From NCBI GenBank assembly GCA_050298815.1, contig JBNKUV010000104.1, positions 21,631 to 85,630 of the forward strand: 64,000 bases of DNA. Direction: 5' to 3'. Shown here piece after piece: positions 53,978 to 63,903 of this stretch. Source of the DNA: Polyangiaceae bacterium (GTDB taxonomy: Bacteria > Myxococcota_A > Polyangia > Polyangiales > Polyangiaceae). A program made the position numbers and the translations under genes. Position 1 is the first letter of the stretch, and each line of letters begins with the position of its first letter. Under the pieces are notes generated by a model that saw only the letters and a program-made list of their open reading frames with translations, was not told where the DNA came from and made no database searches.

Positions 53978-55350
53978 GACGACTGGCGGTATTGGCCATT
54001 GGGCTCGGCGGCTTCGTGCCCCACGCACATGCCCAGGACTCCTCTGGCGCGTCTCCATCTCCGGCGGCGCCACCGCCGGCCGCCCCTGGTGGTGGCGCCT
54101 CGCAGCCCACGCAATCTACGGTGACCGGTACCTACAGTCCGCCCATCGTCAACACGACCAAGACGACGAGCACCATCGATCCGAACTACAACTTCGATTC
54201 GCATCTACCTTCTGACGCGCAGTCCGTCGTCGACATCAACCAGGGCGACTCCTTTGATCTGGGCCGCGGTTCTTCGGGGCCCACCGTGGTTCGTGGCAAA
54301 GCGGGCGCGCCGGGGTTCGTCGCTCGTGAAGTTGGCAGCAATACGGGCGTTTATGTGGTGCAAGCAGGGGATACCCTGTCGAACATCTCGCAGCAGGTGT
54401 ACGGGCAACCGTGGATGTGGCCCAAGCTCTGGTCGCTCAATCCACAGATCCAAAACCCGCACTGGATTTACCCCGGGGATCAAATTCGCCTAGCGGGCGC
54501 CACGACGGCGTCGAGCCCGACAGAGGCTCGAACACTGGGCTCCGGGACTGCCGGTCCTTTGCGCAGACAGCTCGTTCCAGCCGATAGCGTGTTCTTGCGG
54601 CAGCTCGGCTACATCGACGACCCCGCGAAGGGCATCAAAGGCGAAGTGGTCGGAGCGGTGGAGCCGGTGCAGATGATGGCCCACGAGCAGCATGTCTACA
54701 TCGTGCTCAAGCCGAACGAGAGCGCCGAAGTGGGTCAGGAGATGACGGTGTTCCGCGAGGTGCGGGATCCTCCCAAGGTGCGCGATTCGCGCACGCCGCC
54801 GGGCAAACTGGTCAAGATCCAGGGCATCGTGAAGATCGAGTACGTCAATCTCCAGACGCGCGTCGCTCGCGCGTTGGTGGTCGAGTCGATTGACGTCGTC
54901 GAACGCGGAGCCAAGGTGGGATTCCTGGAGAACGAATACCGCATCGTTCCTCCCCGTAAGGCCGAAAAAGACGTCACTGCGAGGGTGCTGACGAGCATGT
55001 ACCCCCACGTGATGATGGGCAAAGACCAGGTAGTGTTCATCGATCGCGGTAAGCAGGATGGCCTGGAGGCGGGCAATCGACTCTTCATCACCAGGCGCGG
55101 AGACACTTGGCGCCGCACGTTGATCACGACGACACGCTTCGCCCGCACCCGTGCCAACATGGAAGCATCCACGCCCAGCGGCATCTTCGAAGCTGTGCCG
55201 CTCCACGGAGACGAGCAGGACTTTCCCGAAGAGGTAGTGGCTGAGCTACGCATCGTTCGGGCCCACAAGTTCAGCTCCCTGGCATTGGTTACATCGTCCA
55301 GCGTGGAGATCGAGCCGGGCGACCGCGCGATCGCGCGTGCCGGGTTCTGA
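53974..55350 (+). CDS. LysM-domain protein
   Basis: YVVQAGDTLSNISQQVYGQPWMWPKLWSLNPQIQNPHWIYPGDQIRL is a LysM motif. Signal peptide present. The start overlaps the upstream stop. Confidence 0.7.
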   Translation: MRRLAVLAIGLGGFVPHAHAQDSSGASPSPAAPPPAAPGGGASQPTQSTVTGTYSPPIVNTTKTTSTIDPNYNFDSHLPSDAQSVVDINQGDSFDLGRGSSGPTVVRGKAGAPGFVAREVGSNTGVYVVQAGDTLSNISQQVYGQPWMWPKLWSLNPQIQNPHWIYPGDQIRLAGATTASSPTEARTLGSGTAGPLRRQLVPADSVFLRQLGYIDDPAKGIKGEVVGAVEPVQMMAHEQHVYIVLKPNESAEVGQEMTVFREVRDPPKVRDSRTPPGKLVKIQGIVKIEYVNLQTRVARALVVESIDVVERGAKVGFLENEYRIVPPRKAEKDVTARVLTSMYPHVMMGKDQVVFIDRGKQDGLEAGNRLFITRRGDTWRRTLITTTRFARTRANMEASTPSGIFEAVPLHGDEQDFPEEVVAELRIVRAHKFSSLALVTSSSVEIEPGDRAIARAGF

Positions 55351-55530
55351 GCTGCCCGCCCGGGCGACCTCGGAAAAGTAGTGCCAGGTCGCTTTCGGTT
55401 GGGGCAGCGATGACCCGTGTAGGGAGTAGGCGGGCGATTCCTGCAAGCTGACCACCCGAAATCGACGCCATCCAACCAATCGGGGGTTTTTTGGTTGCCC
55501 TAGCGCTCCGAGAGACGAAGATCCGGTGAA

Positions 55531-56349
55531 ATGGAGCCCTTGACGAGCATCGCTTTCCTCCTCGGGGTTGTCGCGTACACCGCGTCAGCGACGTTGTTCT
55601 TTGTCGATCTGGCTCGGAGGGAGGGCGCGCCCCTGGCGGTGATTTGGGCCCCGCGTGCTCTGGTCGTCGGAGTACTCGCGCATTCGGTGCACTTGGTGGT
55701 GGCTAGCTTCGTGACCCGCGTTTGCCCCGTAGAATCGCTGCCGTTCGCGCTGAGCTTGAGCGCCGTCGTGACCAGCGCGGCCTACTTGGTGATGCGCAGC
55801 CGCACCCAAGTGCAGGCCATGGGGGTGGCGGTGGCGCCGTTGGCACTCATGTTCCTCGTCGGCGCTCAGTTTGTCGGTCAGGCGAACGTCGAGTCCGAGG
55901 TCCCCCGGACACTGCTGGCTTTTCACGTCACAGCGAATCTCTTGGGGCTGGGATTGTTTCTGCTGGCGGGCGCAGCCGGGGGTTTTTACCTGTTTCAGGA
56001 GCGGCGTCTGAAGCACAAGCGCAAAGCTCTCGCCGGCGGGAAGTTGCCTGCTCTCGACTTGCTCGACCTCACAGAGCACCGCTTGCTCCTCGCCGGTTTC
56101 CCTTTGCTGACGTTTGGCGTAGTGACCGGGGCGATGTTCATGACCTCCCTTGGACACCTGTCATTTGCCGCGATGCTGAGAATCGCTCTGGCCTATTTGG
56201 CCTGGTTTCTCGTGGCTGGCGTGTTGCTGCTTCGGGCGGTCTTGGGGTGGCGGGGCCGGAAGACGGCCTACGGCACATTGGCAGGGCTGGTCTGCGTGTT
56301 GCTGGTGATTGCCGCCTATGTCGTGCGCGCTGGAGGTTCTCCCGCATGA
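55531..56349 (+). CDS. HemX/CcsA-family integral membrane protein
   Basis: About 8 TM segments. Positioned directly before hemA, with an ATGA overlap. Confidence 0.5.
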   Translation: MEPLTSIAFLLGVVAYTASATLFFVDLARREGAPLAVIWAPRALVVGVLAHSVHLVVASFVTRVCPVESLPFALSLSAVVTSAAYLVMRSRTQVQAMGVAVAPLALMFLVGAQFVGQANVESEVPRTLLAFHVTANLLGLGLFLLAGAAGGFYLFQERRLKHKRKALAGGKLPALDLLDLTEHRLLLAGFPLLTFGVVTGAMFMTSLGHLSFAAMLRIALAYLAWFLVAGVLLLRAVLGWRGRKTAYGTLAGLVCVLLVIAAYVVRAGGSPA

Positions 56350-57821
56350 TCGCCGTCGTGGGGCTGTCCCACAAGACCGCCAGCATCGACATTCGCGAGA
56401 AGCTGGCGTTGTCGTCTGATTTGGCGGACGCGCTTCTGGAAGAACTGGTGCGTCATCAAGCGATCGGTGAGGCGTTGGTCGTTTCGACGTGCAATCGCGT
56501 CGAGGTCATTGCCTCAGGGAAACAACCGATACAGGCCTTGGAGGACGTGGCGGGGGCCGCCCGCGACGTACTCGAGTTGCACGCCCCTGGGATCAAGCCG
56601 TACCTTTATTCGCACACGGGGACCGATGCCGTGCGTCATGTCTTCAGGGTGGCGAGTTCCCTCGATTCGTTGGTCATGGGAGAGCCGCAAATCCTCGGCC
56701 AGGTCAAGATGGCCTACGACAAGGCGCGCAAGGTCGGCACCGTCGCGGGCAATCTCAATCGAGTCGTATCCCACGCCCTCCGGGCCGCCAAGCGTGTGCG
56801 CACGGAGACGACGCTCGGCGCCGGCCAGGTGAGTGTGCCAAGCGTCGCGATGGATTTGGCGCGTCAGATATTCGGCGGGCTGGAGGGGCACCGTGCGTTG
56901 CTGATCGGATCGGGTCAGATGGGCGAGGCTGCCGCTAAGCTGCTGACCGCTGCCGGTGCGAGCTTGGGGGTCGTGGGGCGCAATCGCGAACGCGTCGCCG
57001 AGTTAGCGCAACAGATGAATGGTGCGCCATTGGGCTTCGAGGACCTGCAAGAGCAGCTCGCGGTGGTCGACGTCATCATCACCACGACGAGCTCCCCTCA
57101 CTACGTCGTGACGAAGGAGCAAGTTGCTCGGGTTCGCAAGAAGCGTCGCGGGCGCAGCTTGTTCTTGATCGATCTCGCGGTGCCCCGTGACGTGGACCCG
57201 GGGGTGGACGACCTCGATAGCGTGTTCCTCTACAACGTCGACGATCTATCGCAGATCGTCTCGGAAACGCTGAGCTCACGCCAGCGCGAAGCTGAAGCCG
57301 CTGAGCACATCGTCGAGTTGGAGACGAAGAACTACCAGCGGGCCTTGCACGCCGAACAGGCGACTCCGACGATCGTTTCGTTGCGTCGCCAGTTGCGAGG
57401 GATTCTGGAGGCTGAGCTGTCACGTAGTCTTCGTTCGCGGCTCAAACACCTGACCGCGGATGATCGGGAAGCGCTCAGCAAGATGACCGAATCCGCGCTC
57501 AACAAGATGTTGCATCCTGCGACTCGACATTTGCGCGGTCTGGCGGCAGACGCATCTGCCCAGGCGGAGCTCGACAGCTGCGTCGCGACATTGCAGGACC
57601 TGTTCGCATTGAACGTCGACGCCGCGGCGCAGCCTCACAGTGGCGCGCCCACCGGCCCGGTTGACGGAGCTCTGCCCGACGCCGCAACGGAACAACCATC
57701 AATTGACGATGGCGCGTCGGGTGCACCGGCGGAGCCAACAGAAACGGGCTCCACGGCGGAGCCGACAGAAACGGGCGCGACGGCGGCTGACTCACGAGAG
57801 CACAGCCTATCCACTGGGTGA
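56346..57821 (+). CDS. hemA: Glutamyl-tRNA reductase
   Basis: MIAVVGLSHKTASIDIREKLAL, VSTCNRVEV, GEPQILGQVK, IGSGQMGE. Internal ATG of track ORF 55722..57821. The C-terminal extension is low-complexity. Confidence 0.9.
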   Translation: MIAVVGLSHKTASIDIREKLALSSDLADALLEELVRHQAIGEALVVSTCNRVEVIASGKQPIQALEDVAGAARDVLELHAPGIKPYLYSHTGTDAVRHVFRVASSLDSLVMGEPQILGQVKMAYDKARKVGTVAGNLNRVVSHALRAAKRVRTETTLGAGQVSVPSVAMDLARQIFGGLEGHRALLIGSGQMGEAAAKLLTAAGASLGVVGRNRERVAELAQQMNGAPLGFEDLQEQLAVVDVIITTTSSPHYVVTKEQVARVRKKRRGRSLFLIDLAVPRDVDPGVDDLDSVFLYNVDDLSQIVSETLSSRQREAEAAEHIVELETKNYQRALHAEQATPTIVSLRRQLRGILEAELSRSLRSRLKHLTADDREALSKMTESALNKMLHPATRHLRGLAADASAQAELDSCVATLQDLFALNVDAAAQPHSGAPTGPVDGALPDAATEQPSIDDGASGAPAEPTETGSTAEPTETGATAADSREHSLSTG

Positions 57822-57830
57822 ATAAGGAGG

Positions 57831-58736
57831 ATGCAGAACAAGATGTCGACGGTCACGATTGCGACCCGAAAGAGCGCACTCGCTCTGGCCCAGGCCCGAG
57901 CGTGGATGCAGGAGTTTCGCCAAGCCACGGGCTGCGCCACGGAGGAGCTGCATGTGGTGACGACGGGCGACCGGATCCAGGATCGCGCTCTGAACGAGAT
58001 TGGCGGCAAGGGTCTGTTCATCAAAGAGATCGAGGAAGCGATTCTCGATGGCCGTGCGGACTGTGCGGTTCACTCGCTCAAGGACGTGCCCGCTGAGCTC
58101 GCCCCGGGACTGGCTCTCGGGTGCATTCCCCCCCGCGCCCCCGCCCAGGACGTGATCAAGACGCGCAGTGGCTGCACGTTCGACGACCTGCCCCGGGGAG
58201 CCAAAGTCGGCACTTCTTCGCTGCGGCGTATCGTGCAACTTCGTGCGCGGCGGCCCGATCTCGAGTTCTTACCCCTGCGCGGTAACGTGGATACGCGTCT
58301 GCGAAAGTGCGAAGAGGGGCAGGTGGACGCCGTGATTCTCGCAAGCGCAGGACTTCGTCGCTTGGGGTTGCAAGAGCACATCACTGAAACGCTGAACGAC
58401 GAGTGGTGTCTTCCCGCGGTGGGGCAGGGAGCGTTGGCCATCGAGCTACGCACCGAAGACGATCGTTTGGCTGCATTGCTCGCCCAGGTGAACGACCGTG
58501 AAACAGAGTTGGGTGTGGCTGCTGAACGCGGCGTGATGGCCGCGGTCGAGGGGAACTGTCAGGTGCCGGTTGCTGGGTACGCCGTCAGGGATGGGCGCGA
58601 GATGTATCTTCGCGCAATGCTGGCGGAGCCAGACGGTAGCAACATGCGCCGCAGCGATGTGCGGGTACAATGGCCCGAAACGCCCGAGATAGCGCACCGC
58701 GTCGGTTGGGAACTCGGACAACAACTGAGGCGCTGA
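57831..58736 (+). CDS. hemC: Hydroxymethylbilane synthase
   Basis: IATRKSALALAQA, HSLKDVP, VGTSSLRR, RGNVDTRL, and NCQVPVAGYA containing the cofactor Cys. Confidence 0.9.
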   Translation: MQNKMSTVTIATRKSALALAQARAWMQEFRQATGCATEELHVVTTGDRIQDRALNEIGGKGLFIKEIEEAILDGRADCAVHSLKDVPAELAPGLALGCIPPRAPAQDVIKTRSGCTFDDLPRGAKVGTSSLRRIVQLRARRPDLEFLPLRGNVDTRLRKCEEGQVDAVILASAGLRRLGLQEHITETLNDEWCLPAVGQGALAIELRTEDDRLAALLAQVNDRETELGVAAERGVMAAVEGNCQVPVAGYAVRDGREMYLRAMLAEPDGSNMRRSDVRVQWPETPEIAHRVGWELGQQLRR

Positions 58737-58909
58737 TCTGAGGCGTCGCCAAGTCGGGCTAACCAACATCAGCCATACTTGGGCCCCCCTAGCGGAGCCA
58801 ACGCTGCACTTTCTACCAAGGTTGGTCGGTGGGTTGTCCCCGAGCGACGTGCGTATTGTTTCTTCGAGTACACCTCCCTATCCTCGCCTCGTAAGAGGAG
58901 GTGGTTTGG

Positions 58910-59731
58910 ATGGCAAGTTCGGTACTCGAACAGGCTCGGGATGCTGCGCGTCTATTCTCAGAAGGCACGGACACGGATCCGACGCGGATCGTCGCTCTGA
59001 CGACGCTGCTCGGACTGCCCCGCGAGCTTGCGCCACCAGTTGCTGTTCAGCCGGGAGATGCGGCGTCGGCGCTGGCAGCCATCGAAGCCATCGTGGAGCA
59101 GGCCGAGGCAGGCCACAACGCACAACTCGTATCGCTGGTTGAGCTCGAACAGATCCAGGAGCGAACCAAGCACATGACCGACTTCCTCCGGCGCGAACTA
59201 GCGACCACGGAGCCCATCAGCGGATCCAGGCTGGGGACGGTGATGGTGGCGCTCTCCCAAATCGGTCGAGTGCGAGCGAACAAGAGAGGCGCACTCGCTG
59301 ACGATGGCAAGGCAACTCGCGAGGGGTGGCAGCATCTGGACGGCTACTTCAGGACGGCCTTCGGAGAGAGCTACGGCCCGGCCTTGAAGAAGACGGTGAG
59401 GTGTCATGACCTGAAGCTAGTGGCCTGGTGCGGGATCTTCTGTGTGTGGGCAATGAAAGCTGCCGGCGTCCAATGCAAAGACTGGAAACTCGGAAGCGGC
59501 ATCGCCAGCGTTCTCCAGCCCACGAGGACACCCCGGGCGGGGGACGTCGCGTTCTTGGACGGCAAAGGCTTGCACATGTGCCTGGTTCTTCGAATCACCG
59601 AAGACAAACTGTTCAGTATCGACGGCAATACGAACGCCGCTGGTGCTGCTACCGGTGGCCAAGTCGCCGTGCAGGAGCGGCGCCGCAAACGTGTGCTCGG
59701 CTTCTACTCTCAAGATGCGCCGCTCACCTGA
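58910..59731 (+). CDS. CHAP/NlpC-P60-like amidase domain protein, no signal peptide
   Basis: VAWCGIFCVWAMKAAGV (Cys nucleophile), GDVAFLDGKGLHMCLVL (His), FSIDGNTN. AGGAGG upstream of the ATG at 58910. Confidence 0.55.
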   Translation: MASSVLEQARDAARLFSEGTDTDPTRIVALTTLLGLPRELAPPVAVQPGDAASALAAIEAIVEQAEAGHNAQLVSLVELEQIQERTKHMTDFLRRELATTEPISGSRLGTVMVALSQIGRVRANKRGALADDGKATREGWQHLDGYFRTAFGESYGPALKKTVRCHDLKLVAWCGIFCVWAMKAAGVQCKDWKLGSGIASVLQPTRTPRAGDVAFLDGKGLHMCLVLRITEDKLFSIDGNTNAAGAATGGQVAVQERRRKRVLGFYSQDAPLT

Positions 59732-60193
59732 CGGCGGGCAGACGAAGTGCGCGCGACGGTGACCGAGGCATTACCCGCCGAGTACGTCGATTGGCAGAAG
59801 GACGCCGATGTGCCGCTCTGGGCGGTGATGGCGCGGCCTACGGTGAATGGCTCCGTCGGGAAATGCCGGCTTGCCGCACGCCGTTGCTAGCCGAGCCGAG
59901 GCCGCCAACACGGTTTGTTAGCTCATGGAAATCCGCCGCATTGCTCCTTCCTCCCGGACGCTCGGGTCGCGACATCGGAGTCAGGAGGCCAGCGGCAATT
60001 GTGGTGTCAAGCAACAGGCGGGTGGCTTGCTTGGTTGCCCGCTTTGGGCTACGAACCCGAGCGCAGTTACCGGCTGCGCCATGCCCCACTTGGTCACAAG
60101 TGAGGAGGGTTCCCCACCTCGCCCGGGGATGTAGTCATCCCCGAGTGGGCATCGCTACCGGCGATTGCACGCAACTCGCTTCAAAACCGAGCA

Positions 60194-60213
60194 CTCCGCT
60201 GCGCGGGGTTTTT
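60194..60213 (+). terminator. Intrinsic-terminator-like hairpin plus T5
   Basis: CTCCGC-tgc-GCGGGG followed by TTTTT, 44 nt upstream of the aspC ATG. Confidence 0.4.
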
Positions 60214-60256
60214 CCACAACCGTCACATAGACCGCTCACTTTACAGGCAACGAGTC

Positions 60257-61447
60257 ATGTTCGAATCCGTTCAGACCGCTCCTCCCGACCCTATTCTCGG
60301 GCTCACCGAGGCGTTCAACAACGACGCACGCCCCAACAAGATCAACCTCTCAGTCGGTGTCTACAAGGACGCAGACGGGACTACGCCTGTGCTTGCCTGC
60401 GTCAAGGAAGCGGAACGGCGCATTTCGGAGACGGAGAAGAGCAAGGGCTACAAGCCCATCTCTGGAGACCCAGAGTACGGCAGGTTGGTGCGCCAGCTAC
60501 TGTTCGGAGCCGGAAGCGATCTTGTCGTCGGGGGCCGCGCCCAGACGGCGCACACGCCCGGCGGAACGGGTGCTCTTCGTGTTGCTGGCGATTACCTCCA
60601 CACCCAGCATCCCGGGGCGACGATCTGGCTCAGCCAACCCACCTGGGCAAACCATCCCAAAGTGTTCGAAGCCGCAGGAGTCCCCCACAAGCAGTACCCG
60701 TATTTCGACGCCAGCAAGAACCAGCTGGATATCGACGGCATGCTGGGCGCCTTGGCGAAGGTCGCACCGGGTGACGTCGTGCTGTTGCACGCTTGCTGTC
60801 ACAATCCGACGGGTGTCGATCCCTCTGGCGAACAGTGGGCGCAGATCGCTCAGACATTGGCCGAGAGAAACGCGCTGCCCCTGGTGGACTTCGCTTATCA
60901 GGGGTTTGGCACGGGTCTGGAAGACGACGCCATCGGACTCCGCACCCTCAGCGGCACGCTCGAGGAGCTGCTCATCTGCTCATCGTTCTCCAAGAACTTC
61001 GGCTTGTACAACGAGCGAACAGGCGCGCTCACCGCGGTGGCCAAAAGCGCAGAGAACGCTGCGGCGGTCATGAGTCAAATCAAGACCTGCATTCGCACGA
61101 ACTACTCCAACCCGCCCGCCCATGGCGGCGCCATCGTCAAGGAGATCCTGAGCGATGACGCGCTACGCGTTCAGTGGGAGGCCGAGCTCAGCGAGATGCG
61201 TTCGCGAATTCACACAATGCGCGTGCGTTTTGCGGAGACGCTGACGAAGAAGGGCGCCAAGGGCGACTTCAGCTTCATCACTCGACAGAACGGGATGTTC
61301 AGCTTCTCCGGGCTGTCCAAGGAGCAAGTCGAGCGCCTGCGCGCCGACCACGCCATTTACATCGTGGGCTCGGGCCGCATCAACGTTGCGGGCATGACCG
61401 ACGCCAACATGGACCGTCTGACGGACGCCATCATCGCCGTCCAATGA
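60257..61447 (+). CDS. aspC: Aspartate/aromatic amino acid aminotransferase (class I)
   Basis: MFESVQTAPPDPILGL, INLSVGVY, SFSKNFGLYNERTGAL (PLP Lys); 396 aa. Confidence 0.85.
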   Translation: MFESVQTAPPDPILGLTEAFNNDARPNKINLSVGVYKDADGTTPVLACVKEAERRISETEKSKGYKPISGDPEYGRLVRQLLFGAGSDLVVGGRAQTAHTPGGTGALRVAGDYLHTQHPGATIWLSQPTWANHPKVFEAAGVPHKQYPYFDASKNQLDIDGMLGALAKVAPGDVVLLHACCHNPTGVDPSGEQWAQIAQTLAERNALPLVDFAYQGFGTGLEDDAIGLRTLSGTLEELLICSSFSKNFGLYNERTGALTAVAKSAENAAAVMSQIKTCIRTNYSNPPAHGGAIVKEILSDDALRVQWEAELSEMRSRIHTMRVRFAETLTKKGAKGDFSFITRQNGMFSFSGLSKEQVERLRADHAIYIVGSGRINVAGMTDANMDRLTDAIIAVQ

Positions 61448-61631
61448 CCGGTGGGCGGGGGCCGCGCTCTGCTGGGGCGCGGCTCTCGATGTCAACCGCC
61501 TCGAAAATCTCCTGCAGCCGTGCATCCTCGGCCGCGCGTTCGTGGTCTGCCTGGCCGCGTTGGGCAAGGAACCCCCGCGCTGGGCGTAATCGGTAGTTCC
61601 CTTCGTCGGAAAACCGGATAGATTCCCGGCC

Positions 61632-62255
61632 ATGGCTCGATCTCGAAGACTCCCCCAGGCAGTAATCTCCCTCGCGCTCTTGGCCCCACTCTCGACTGTC
61701 GCGTGCGGTCCGAAGGAGCCGGAAGTCGTCAAGGCGAATGTTGTCGCCGGCGACATGCCTGCGGAAGGGAAGTGGCGCGGCGTTTGGTACAGCCAGACCT
61801 ACGGCTACCTGCACCTCGAGACTGAAGGCAGCAACGCTCACGGTAAGTGGCGCACGGCGGCCGGCGACAAATGGGGGGAACTCCACGGGACGACTGAAGG
61901 GGACCTGCTGCGCTTTGACTGGGTAGAGCACAAGATCGGCATGTTCGGGCCCAACGCTGAGAGCAGCGGCAAGGGTTACTTCAAGTACATCGTGCCCAAG
62001 GAAGACAATGCCGATCACGAGATCGCTGGCGAATGGGGTCTAGGCGAGGACGAAGCCGGCTACACGTGGACCGCGATCAAGCAGCGTCGGATGGAGCCAG
62101 ATCTAAACAGTGTGATGCCCGACGAAGCGGAGAGCGCGGTGGAAGGCGCTGACTGGGACGGCACCAAGAGTGACGCCGCCTCAGGCACGCCTGAGGAATC
62201 AGGCACGACTGAGGAGAAGTCGGGCGACCCTGCCGAGGACGACGGGTGGGAATAG
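61632..62255 (+). CDS. Hypothetical lipoprotein
   Basis: ISLALLAPLSTVACGPKE lipobox; acidic C-terminus. It overlaps the gcvPB start by 10 nt. Confidence 0.55.
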   Translation: MARSRRLPQAVISLALLAPLSTVACGPKEPEVVKANVVAGDMPAEGKWRGVWYSQTYGYLHLETEGSNAHGKWRTAAGDKWGELHGTTEGDLLRFDWVEHKIGMFGPNAESSGKGYFKYIVPKEDNADHEIAGEWGLGEDEAGYTWTAIKQRRMEPDLNSVMPDEAESAVEGADWDGTKSDAASGTPEESGTTEEKSGDPAEDDGWE

Positions 62256-63748
62256 ATCCGCAACAGGCCTCTCCTGGCCTGCAGTTCAACGAACCGAGCA
62301 TCTTCGAGCGAGGTAGTCCCGGGCGCAGCGGCGCTTCGTTGCCAGAGCTCGACGTTCCGGAGGTGGCCCTCGCAGACGCACTCGGCGATCTCGAACGAAA
62401 GGAACGAGCCCATCTGCCTGAGGTGAGCGAACCCGAGGCCTTTCGTCACTTCGTGCGCTTGAGTCAGTGGAACTTCTGTATCGACAGCCAGTTCTACCCG
62501 CTGGGCTCGTGCACCATGAAGTACAACCCCAAGTTGAACGAGTGGGCGGCGCGCCTGCCCGGCATGTCGGCGATACATCCGTTGATGGACGCTGACCTCG
62601 TTCAGGGAGCGCTCCAGTTGATGGTGGAGTTGCAAGCGCTCTTGGCCGAGATCGCGGGGATGGATGCCGTCAGTTTGCAACCAGCGGCGGGTGCCCAGGG
62701 CGAGCTGACTGGCTTGATGATGATCCGCGCCTGCCACCAAGCGGAGGGGCGATCTCCGCGGAAGGTCCTCATTCCGGACAGCGCCCACGGCACGAATCCG
62801 GCATCCTGTGCCTTGAACGGCTTCGAGACGGTTGCGTTCGAGACTCGTGATGGTCGGGTTGACATCGATGTCTTGCGGGCCGCAATCGAAAAGGCCGGCG
62901 ATGACATCGCGGGGCTGATGCTCACCAACCCGAACACCGTCGGCTTGTACGAGACGGAAATGCCGCGGATTTGCCAACTGGTGCACGACGCAGGCGGTTT
63001 GGTCTACGGGGATGGGGCGAACATGAACGCCGTCCTCGGGCGGGCGCGTCCGGGTGACGTTGGGGTGGACGTGATGCAGTACAACCTGCACAAGACGTTC
63101 ACCACCCCCCATGGCGGAGGTGGTCCCGGCTCTGGTCCAGTTGCTTTCAAGGCGCGATTGGCCCCATTCCAGCCGACACCCGTGGTGCGGCAAGAGGGTG
63201 ACGGCTTCATCTTGGACGAGCAATGCCCCCAGAGCATTGGCCGAGTTCGTTCGTTCATCGGCAACTTTGGCATGATGGTTCGCGCCTATGTCTACATTCG
63301 GGAGTTGGGTTATCAGGGCTTGAAAGACGTCACGGACATGGCCGTCCTCAACGCCAACTACCTGGCGGCACGTTTGAAGGATGAGTACGCACTCGCGTTC
63401 GATCACCCGGTGATGCATGAGGCTGTGTTCACCGACAAGGCGATCGAAGCGGAGACTGGGGTCAAGACCCTAGACATTGCCAAGCGCCTGATTGACTACG
63501 GGTTTCATCCTCCCACGGTGTACTTCCCCCTGGTGGTTCGTGGCGCACTGATGATTGAACCCACCGAAACAGAGACGAAAGAGACAATCGACGCTTTTGT
63601 CGAAGCCATGTTGCGCATCAAGCAGGAGGCGAAAGAAAACCCGAACCTCGTTCGCCGCGCGCCAACGAATACGCGCCTCCGCCGATTGGACGAGGCTCGC
63701 GCCGCCCGCAGGCCGCGACTTCGGTGGACAGCAATGGACCCGATCTGA
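62246..63748 (+). CDS. gcvPB: Glycine dehydrogenase (decarboxylating) subunit 2
   Basis: SIFERGSPGRSG..LPELDVP, SEPEAFRHFVRLSQ, GSCTMKYNPK, NLHKTFTTPHGGGGPG (PLP Lys); 500 aa. GTG start. Confidence 0.9.
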   Translation: MGIDPQQASPGLQFNEPSIFERGSPGRSGASLPELDVPEVALADALGDLERKERAHLPEVSEPEAFRHFVRLSQWNFCIDSQFYPLGSCTMKYNPKLNEWAARLPGMSAIHPLMDADLVQGALQLMVELQALLAEIAGMDAVSLQPAAGAQGELTGLMMIRACHQAEGRSPRKVLIPDSAHGTNPASCALNGFETVAFETRDGRVDIDVLRAAIEKAGDDIAGLMLTNPNTVGLYETEMPRICQLVHDAGGLVYGDGANMNAVLGRARPGDVGVDVMQYNLHKTFTTPHGGGGPGSGPVAFKARLAPFQPTPVVRQEGDGFILDEQCPQSIGRVRSFIGNFGMMVRAYVYIRELGYQGLKDVTDMAVLNANYLAARLKDEYALAFDHPVMHEAVFTDKAIEAETGVKTLDIAKRLIDYGFHPPTVYFPLVVRGALMIEPTETETKETIDAFVEAMLRIKQEAKENPNLVRRAPTNTRLRRLDEARAARRPRLRWTAMDPI

Positions 63749-63903
63749 ACACCGACGTCCGTTAGTCGACGCTCGGTAACGTTCCCGGAAACATTGGTGC
63801 AGTAGAGCTTGGTGGGCTCGGGGTTCGGTGGACTGGATCGTTCCGGCCGCGTTACTCGATTCGGGCTTCTCTCTCGGGTGGCATTGGCTATTGTCCCGCC
63901 GGT

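Noticed and set aside
55722-56345. 208-aa N-terminal extension of hemA in track ORF 55722..57821.
   Set aside because: It overlaps the hemX-like membrane protein gene in another frame. Canonical HemA starts at MIAVVGLSHKTA (ATG 56346, ATGA-coupled to the upstream stop).
60040-60095. tRNA-like fragment on the minus strand (GGCGCAGCCGGTAACTGCGC…GGGTTCGTAGCCC…GCGGGCAACCA).
   Set aside because: It has a D-arm-like stem and a TTCG-containing loop. However, no 7-bp acceptor pairing, no anticodon arm and no proper 5-bp T stem could be built, so it is not a tRNA gene. At most it is a degenerate remnant.
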